Part shown: positions 58,587 through 64,000 of the stretch, piece after piece | How the letters are laid out: every line of letters starts with the position of its first letter | Position numbering within the stretch: the first letter of the stretch is position 1 | From: a virus | DNA length: 64,000 nt | Direction: 5' to 3' (one strand) | Virus record (IMG/VR): IMGVR_UViG_3300023174_000087 | Location: 32,001-96,000 of that record | Program-made: the position numbers and the translations under genes | The notes under the pieces: model-generated | The model's database searches: none | Told to the model about the DNA's origin: nothing | The model's input: only the letters and a program-made list of their open reading frames with translations

Positions 58587-58608
58587 TATAATATAATATG
58601 GTGATAAT

Positions 58609-59196
58609 ATGAACAGAATTACGGTTATTGATAATTTTATAAGCGAAAAAGATGCAAACATCTTAATCTCTGAACAGTTAAACCCAAGTGAAATAAATCA
58701 ATACCCAGAGCATTATAAAAGTAGATATGGCGGAACTGCCTTTCCATATAACAATATTGTCATGAGTATTTTAAAAAAATATGGATACCTATCTAGCGCA
58801 AAACACAAAGATTTAAATTCTTTTATTAATCCTATATATGTTTTTAAAGCATTTGGTTCTTGCTGGCTTCCAGGCACAAAGGGGGAACTTCATATTGATG
58901 CACAAGGACCAGAGCCATGGATTGAGTTTAGTACAATTATTTATTTAAATGATGAGTTTGATGGAGGAGAACTTTATTTTCCAAATCAAAACTTAGTGTA
59001 TAAACCAAAAAAATATTCTGCTGTATTTTTTCCAAGTGCTGGTTCTGAATATATTCACGGGGTAACTACTGTTTCTTCTGGAATAAGACACACCGCTTTA
59101 TATATGCACACAAGTTTGCCAAATAACGCAGATCCTGATTTTCATCCTAATAAAGAAAACTGGAAAGCATTGGAGCACTCGCATGTTGGATTATGA
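58609..59196 (+). CDS. Prolyl-4-hydroxylase-like 2OG-Fe(II) dioxygenase
   Basis: HID...STIIYLNDEFDGGELYF...FFPS...HGV...R. Confidence 0.85.
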   Translation: MNRITVIDNFISEKDANILISEQLNPSEINQYPEHYKSRYGGTAFPYNNIVMSILKKYGYLSSAKHKDLNSFINPIYVFKAFGSCWLPGTKGELHIDAQGPEPWIEFSTIIYLNDEFDGGELYFPNQNLVYKPKKYSAVFFPSAGSEYIHGVTTVSSGIRHTALYMHTSLPNNADPDFHPNKENWKALEHSHVGL

Positions 59197-59845
59197 AATT
59201 TTAGATCTTGGCTTAGTTTATTATAAAAATATTATTAAAAATCCAGAAAAACTCATTGAAGAGATTGAGTCTTTAGATGAAAAGTATAACAATAATATTG
59301 AAAATACAAATACACTAGTTGAGCCTTGGATAAAATGGAAATACAATTCTGGAGAAAAAGAGTTAATGTTCTGTTGGCAAAAATTTATACCACAAGTAGT
59401 TGATATTCCAGATTCTGATTTATACAAAGATGAGCAAACAAGTATCTCTTCTCAATTATTTGGAGCAATAGATAAAACTTTTGATCACTATACAAAAGAG
59501 TTGTACCCATTTGCTGAAAGAAATATAAAATCTAGAGAAAAAACCATGCACTTGTTAAAATATAATACTGCTGGACACCTACCAGCACATCAAGATCAAG
59601 GTATGAGTAGCAGAGTTTTATCAGTCCTTGTTTATTTAAACGATGATTATATAGGTGGGGATATAGAGTTTAAGCATTCTGGTGTAAGAATTAAGCCAAA
59701 GGCTGGAAGTCTATTGTTCTTTCCATCAAATTTTTTGTATGTACATGAGGTCCATCCAGTATATAAAGGTCCAAGGTATGCTCTTCCTAACTGGTTTCAT
59801 AACATACCATTTGAAAACAAAAGAGACTCTAATGGTGAAGAATGA
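59183..59845 (+). CDS. Prolyl-4-hydroxylase-like 2OG-Fe(II) dioxygenase
   Basis: HQD...RVLSVLVYLNDDYIGG...PKAGSLLFFPS...HEV...RY. Confidence 0.87.
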   Translation: MLDYEILDLGLVYYKNIIKNPEKLIEEIESLDEKYNNNIENTNTLVEPWIKWKYNSGEKELMFCWQKFIPQVVDIPDSDLYKDEQTSISSQLFGAIDKTFDHYTKELYPFAERNIKSREKTMHLLKYNTAGHLPAHQDQGMSSRVLSVLVYLNDDYIGGDIEFKHSGVRIKPKAGSLLFFPSNFLYVHEVHPVYKGPRYALPNWFHNIPFENKRDSNGEE

Positions 59846-59928
59846 AAAAAATAATAAAAAGAATTAAGTCGTATTTTATATTAAGAAAGATTAAAAAAAA
59901 TGGCAACAATGATAGATATATATACTAA
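59842..59928 (+). CDS. 28-aa basic peptide preceding the carbamoyltransferase (not in ORF track)
   Basis: MKKIIKRIKSYFILRKIKKNGNNDRYIY; ATGA-coupled and fills the gap almost exactly. Confidence 0.6.
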   Translation: MKKIIKRIKSYFILRKIKKNGNNDRYIY

Positions 59929-59937
59929 GGATAAACT

Positions 59938-61362
59938 GTGATAATACTTGGAGTAAACGAAACCAGTCATGACGCCTCTGTATCTTTAATCAAAGACGGA
60001 GAGATACTTTTTGCGGGGCATGCCGAAAGATATAGCAAGCAAAAAAATGACTGGTATGTGAATGATAGTTTAATAAAAGATGCTTTACAATATGGTACAC
60101 CAGATCACATAGCCTACTATGAAAAGCCTCTTCTAAAGGCCTCTAGGCTGGCTTTAAAGGGTGGTTCTGGAGAATGGAAGCCAAGGTTTGAACTTTCTGG
60201 GATTCCAAGAAAATCTTTTACTCATCACTATTCTCACGCAGCAGCAGGGTATTATACAAGTGCATTTAATGATGCAGTGATTGTAGTTCTTGATGCAATT
60301 GGTGAATATAACACCTCCACAATTTGGGTGGGTGAAGGCGATAAAATTAAATTAAAATATAAGCAAAATTATCCTGTTAGTTTTGGATTGTTTTATTCAG
60401 CATTTACTCAACTCATAGGTCTGATGCCAAACCAAGAAGAATATATTATGATGGGAATGGCTGCTTATGGGGACTGGACAAGATATTATAAAGAAGTAGA
60501 CGAATACTTTCCAAAATATGACAGACAAAAATATAACTTTCATAAGGGAATTAGTGACTGGGGCATTGAGATTACAGATCAGGACAGGTTTGATATTGCA
60601 GCAGCAGTTCAAGTTGTTTATGAACAAAGACTAAATGATTTTATGCGTATGGCAAAACATATTACTGGGAAAAAGAACTTAGTATTTATGGGAGGGTGTG
60701 CCCTCAACTCATCAGCAAATACATTACTTTGGAATATATTTGATATGATTTGGATCATGCCAAACCCTGGTGATGCTGGCAGTTCTTTGGGAGCAGCAGC
60801 AGCACTATACGGAAAGCATCTTGATTGGAAGACTCCATATCTTGGCTATGATCTTGGAGGAGAGTACCCTGTTCAGCAAATTGTGGACGGCATACTAAAA
60901 AATGGAGTAGTGGCAGTAGCAACAGGAAGAGCAGAGTATGGCCCAAGAGCATTGGGTAATAGAAGTATTCTTGCTGATCCAAGAGACCCATTGATCAAAA
61001 ATAAAGTTAATCTAATTAAACAAAGAGAGTTGTTTAGACCATTTGCCCCAGTTGTTATGGAAGAGTGTGCATCTAAATGGTTTGATATGGACTTTACATC
61101 ACCATATATGCAGTACACAGTAAAGTGCTTACAGCCAGAAAAAATACCATCTGTTGTTCATGCTGATGGAACATCTAGAGTGCAAACAGTAAACAGAGAT
61201 CAGCATCGTGGATTGTGGAGAACAATTAACAAGTTCTATCTTCAAACTGGCGTTCCAGTTTTATTAAATACAAGTCTTAACATTAAAGGCCAGCCATTGC
61301 TTAATGATGAAACAGATATTATTGAATGGGAAAAAGAATATAACTTCAAAATATGCAGGTAA
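59938..61362 (+). CDS. O-carbamoyltransferase (NodU/CmcH family)
   Basis: SHDAS, ERYS, HHYSHAA, MGMAAYG, GGCALN, GDAG, GPRALGNRSILADP, FRPFAP, LNTSLN. Confidence 0.93.
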   Translation: MIILGVNETSHDASVSLIKDGEILFAGHAERYSKQKNDWYVNDSLIKDALQYGTPDHIAYYEKPLLKASRLALKGGSGEWKPRFELSGIPRKSFTHHYSHAAAGYYTSAFNDAVIVVLDAIGEYNTSTIWVGEGDKIKLKYKQNYPVSFGLFYSAFTQLIGLMPNQEEYIMMGMAAYGDWTRYYKEVDEYFPKYDRQKYNFHKGISDWGIEITDQDRFDIAAAVQVVYEQRLNDFMRMAKHITGKKNLVFMGGCALNSSANTLLWNIFDMIWIMPNPGDAGSSLGAAAALYGKHLDWKTPYLGYDLGGEYPVQQIVDGILKNGVVAVATGRAEYGPRALGNRSILADPRDPLIKNKVNLIKQRELFRPFAPVVMEECASKWFDMDFTSPYMQYTVKCLQPEKIPSVVHADGTSRVQTVNRDQHRGLWRTINKFYLQTGVPVLLNTSLNIKGQPLLNDETDIIEWEKEYNFKICR

Positions 61363-61364
61363 GG

Positions 61365-61373
61365 TGCTATAAT
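61365..61373 (+). promoter_or_regulatory. Extended -10 promoter TGCTATAAT
   Basis: Intergenic; followed by SD AAGGAGG. Confidence 0.7.
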
Positions 61374-61399
61374 AGATTGTATACAAAAGGAGGCCAATA

Positions 61400-61948
61400 A
61401 TGGCAGAAAAAGGAACACTACAGGCAATCGTCGAGGTTGCAAAGAAAGAAATTGGAACCATTGAAGGTCCAAAAGATAATGAAACAAAATATGGTAAGTG
61501 GACAGGGGCAAATTTCCTTCCATGGTGCCAATCATTTGTTTCTTGGTGTGCATTTACTGCAGGACTTGATGCAAAAAAGTATCCAAAAAGCGCAGCAACA
61601 GTCGCAGCATCTGATTGGTTTAAAAAGAATAACCGTTGGTCTGATGCTCGTAATGATGATCCAACTCCAGGTGATTGGATTTATTTTGATTTTCCAGATG
61701 ATGGAGTAAATCGTATTTCACATGTTGGTTTATGTATCAAGAATAACGGCGATGGAACTATCCAAGTTATTGAAGGAAACACATCTGGAACAGCAAAGGG
61801 AGATCAACGCAACGGAGGAATGTGCGTTGAAAAAACTCGTGGTTATGTAAAGAATAACAAGAAGAAATTAATCAATGCTGTAGTTGGCTGGGGTCGTCCA
61901 GTATATGTTGGAGAAGAAGATGCTCCATTGTTAAATAAGGTTAAGTGA
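61400..61948 (+). CDS. CHAP-domain endolysin
   Basis: TKYGKW...PWCQSFVSW...PGDWIYF...SHVGL...IEGNT. Confidence 0.85.
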   Translation: MAEKGTLQAIVEVAKKEIGTIEGPKDNETKYGKWTGANFLPWCQSFVSWCAFTAGLDAKKYPKSAATVAASDWFKKNNRWSDARNDDPTPGDWIYFDFPDDGVNRISHVGLCIKNNGDGTIQVIEGNTSGTAKGDQRNGGMCVEKTRGYVKNNKKKLINAVVGWGRPVYVGEEDAPLLNKVK

Positions 61949-62166
61949 TGGAATCAAACAAAAGAAGTTTATATAAATCAATTACTTGGCCAGCAGTGCA
62001 TATTGGATTTGTTGGCACACTAATATATTTCTTTGAAAAAGCAATTACTGGAGAAGCACACTGGGAATACGCTGGATCATTTGCATTAATTTATACAGTA
62101 TGCGAAATGATTGGTTATTTTTTACATGAAAGAGCATGGTCAAAATTTGGAAAAAAGATAAACTAA
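61945..62166 (+). CDS. DUF2061-like small membrane protein
   Basis: KRSLYKSITW...YFLHERAW. Confidence 0.7.
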   Translation: MMESNKRSLYKSITWPAVHIGFVGTLIYFFEKAITGEAHWEYAGSFALIYTVCEMIGYFLHERAWSKFGKKIN

Positions 62167-62196
62167 TCTTTTATAAAAAATGAGAGGTTATTGTTT

Positions 62197-62784
62197 ATGA
62201 GTGAAACTTTTGATTTTATTGAAGACTTTATTGAAGAATCAATTCAAAAAGATTTTTCAGAAAAAATTTTTAATTCTAAATCTATTAAATGGAGACTTTC
62301 TAACATAAAAACATTTTTAAATAACCAAGAAAATTTTTTTATTCCAGAAAAAACACCTACAACTATTGTCTCTAAAAACTCAAAACCAATCTTTCAAATT
62401 ATTGGTGATTTAGAAAATAATGAGTATCAAGATTTATTTGCTTATTTTTGTAAAAAACATAATATTGATGTTGATACTGTATTAAGGGCAAGGGTTGTTG
62501 TTACAACAAATAGTCCTGAAAAAGAAAAACACTCTTATCCACATATAGACCATATATTAGATCATAATGTATTCCTATATTATTTAAATACAACAGATGG
62601 AGATACCGTATTCTTTGATAAAGTTTTTGGAGAAGACGTATCAGATATGAAAATAATTAAAAGGTCAACACCTACTGTTGGAAAAGCCATTAATTTTAAT
62701 GGAAAAAGGTTTCATGCCCTATTTCAAACAAGCACTAAAACAATTAGGTGTATACTAAACATAGAATATAGAATAAAAAAATGA
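62197..62784 (+). CDS. 2OG-Fe(II) dioxygenase-like protein
   Basis: PHID...FLYYLNTTDGDTVFF...FNG..FHA...RCILNI. Confidence 0.75.
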   Translation: MSETFDFIEDFIEESIQKDFSEKIFNSKSIKWRLSNIKTFLNNQENFFIPEKTPTTIVSKNSKPIFQIIGDLENNEYQDLFAYFCKKHNIDVDTVLRARVVVTTNSPEKEKHSYPHIDHILDHNVFLYYLNTTDGDTVFFDKVFGEDVSDMKIIKRSTPTVGKAINFNGKRFHALFQTSTKTIRCILNIEYRIKK

Positions 62785-62800
62785 AAGGAGGAGTTGGATT

Positions 62801-62911
62801 ATGCGTATTAAAATTATTAAGTTTGTAGTTAAAGTTTTGGGATACGAATGGGGTGGAGAAAACCTTAAGTTGCCTTATTGGACAGTTAAAGGAAAGAAAA
62901 GGAATAAGTAA
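62801..62911 (+). CDS. 36-aa hypothetical peptide (not in ORF track)
   Basis: SD GAAAGGAGG; MRIKIIKFVVKVLGYEWGGENLKLPYWTVKGKKRNK; abuts the next ATG. Confidence 0.6.
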   Translation: MRIKIIKFVVKVLGYEWGGENLKLPYWTVKGKKRNK

Positions 62912-63097
62912 ATGGCTTTATATGAATATGATTGTATGCCGTGTGCAAAAAGGTATACTAAAGAAAGGTCTATCAAAGACAATGACCCTGGCTATCATTG
63001 TGAAAATTGCAATGCGCCTTTAGTTCGTGTATATTCTAATGTAGGAGCAGTTTTTAACGGCAGTGGATTTTATTCCACAGATAATAGGAAAAAATGA
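62912..63097 (+). CDS. FmdB-family zinc-ribbon protein
   Basis: YEYDCMPC...CENC...RVYS...FNGSGFYSTD. Confidence 0.85.
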   Translation: MALYEYDCMPCAKRYTKERSIKDNDPGYHCENCNAPLVRVYSNVGAVFNGSGFYSTDNRKK

Positions 63098-63705
63098 TAA
63101 CAAGCATACCAGAAGGACAGATCTGTCAATCGTTTGATCCAAAAATGCACCTGTCTAAAGAAATATTAGAAAGACAGGGAGTAACTGAGAACGGTAATGT
63201 GTCTTGTGTTGCCCCAGCATACGTTTACATAGAAGGAATTCACGGTAAAAAGTTTTTGTGTGATTATCATTATCATTATGAAATATATATGACTACAAAT
63301 GGATACTCAGAGCCTAATATTTCTTGGAAAAACATTCAAGAGTTTGTTATTGATGAAAGAGAAAGAGTAAAAGAAACATTTGCAAAAGATGTAACAACTA
63401 CAGAAACATCAGGACACAAATGCTCATTAATTAACTCATATGATAAAAGGTTTGGGTGCACTGCTGATGCTCTTGTAAAAGTCATACCGACTGGCATTGT
63501 TCCTAATAAGATAAATTTTACAGCAATAAAAGATAAAAACAATATTTCAGAAGGTATTTTTTATTGTAATTTTCACTTTAGAAGAGAATATTATAGATAT
63601 TGTAGCAATGGAGTTATTTATGAAGATTTTCATAAAATAATAGATGAAAGATATAGAATGACATTTACTCTTGCTAATGAAGCGTTAAACTTAAAGTATG
63701 TATAG
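63094..63705 (+). CDS. Protein with two tandem Cys/His domains
   Basis: Two C...C..A.V...C.(Y/F)H...IDER units. Confidence 0.6.
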   Translation: MITSIPEGQICQSFDPKMHLSKEILERQGVTENGNVSCVAPAYVYIEGIHGKKFLCDYHYHYEIYMTTNGYSEPNISWKNIQEFVIDERERVKETFAKDVTTTETSGHKCSLINSYDKRFGCTADALVKVIPTGIVPNKINFTAIKDKNNISEGIFYCNFHFRREYYRYCSNGVIYEDFHKIIDERYRMTFTLANEALNLKYV

Positions 63706-63707
63706 CC

Positions 63708-63736
63708 TTGACATACTGGCTGTAGTAGTATATAAT
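63708..63736 (+). promoter_or_regulatory. Consensus sigma70 promoter
   Basis: TTGACA-17 nt-TATAAT. Confidence 0.88.
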
Positions 63737-63768
63737 TAAGTATACATCAAATAATTGGAAGGTATAAT

Positions 63769-64000
63769 ATGTTTACAATGATTAAAGACGAAGTTAAGCA
63801 GGAGTGGCAACTATCTCCACAGGATCGTTGCGATAAATGCAACGCTGAGGCTTTAGTAAAAATTACTGGAATTAGTGGAGACCTTTTGTTTTGTGGTCAT
63901 CACTACAATAAGATAATGTCTATTCCAGATGGATACAATAGCATGATGTCTTTCATGATTAGCATTGTTGATGAACGAGAAAAACTTGTTGAAAACAAGT
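63769..64000 (+). CDS. Small actinobacterial-type Zn-binding protein, 3'-truncated (not in ORF track)
   Basis: DRCDKCNAEA...LLFCGHH...VDERE; frame open to window end. Confidence 0.7.
   Translation, partial: MFTMIKDEVKQEWQLSPQDRCDKCNAEALVKITGISGDLLFCGHHYNKIMSIPDGYNSMMSFMISIVDEREKLVENK

Noticed and set aside
1-64000. Stop-codon reassignment
   Set aside because: TAA, TAG and TGA all end long genes cleanly and coding density is high under the standard code

Overview
AT-rich 64-kb segment of a large tailed dsDNA phage (siphovirus-type), with every credible gene on the + strand. Gene content (DnaE-type polymerase, class II RNR, leaderless genes, surface protein with an actinobacterial-style signal peptide) suggests a freshwater actinobacterial host; that is inference. 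Order: class II RNR (5'-truncated); large virion protein, portal, protease/scaffold, capsid, neck, tail tube, two paralogous tail-assembly chaperones, a 2923-aa tape measure and minor tail proteins (1.4-31 kb); replication/recombination module (DnaB, primase, SSB, DnaE, RecA, resolvase, Cas4-like and RuvC-like nucleases) interrupted by halogenase, dioxygenase and GT60 insertions (31-46 kb); terminase; then an accessory region (48.6-64 kb) with secreted surface proteins, a PA14/Pro-rich protein, proteases, tRNA-Asn, many 2OG-Fe(II) dioxygenases, a carbamoyltransferase and a CHAP endolysin. Top leads: (1) the tail chaperones G and G-T appear to be separate duplicated genes instead of a frameshift pair; (2) prolyl-hydroxylase-like enzymes plus two Skp1-type GT60 glycosyltransferases occur with a Pro-rich secreted candidate substrate; (3) a promoter sits in the loop of an RBS-sequestering hairpin; (4) a probable AUU start codon; (5) apparent absence of AGCT; (6) a tRNA-Asn with an AUCGAAA T-loop. 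All family calls come from motif recognition by eye, with no database search.
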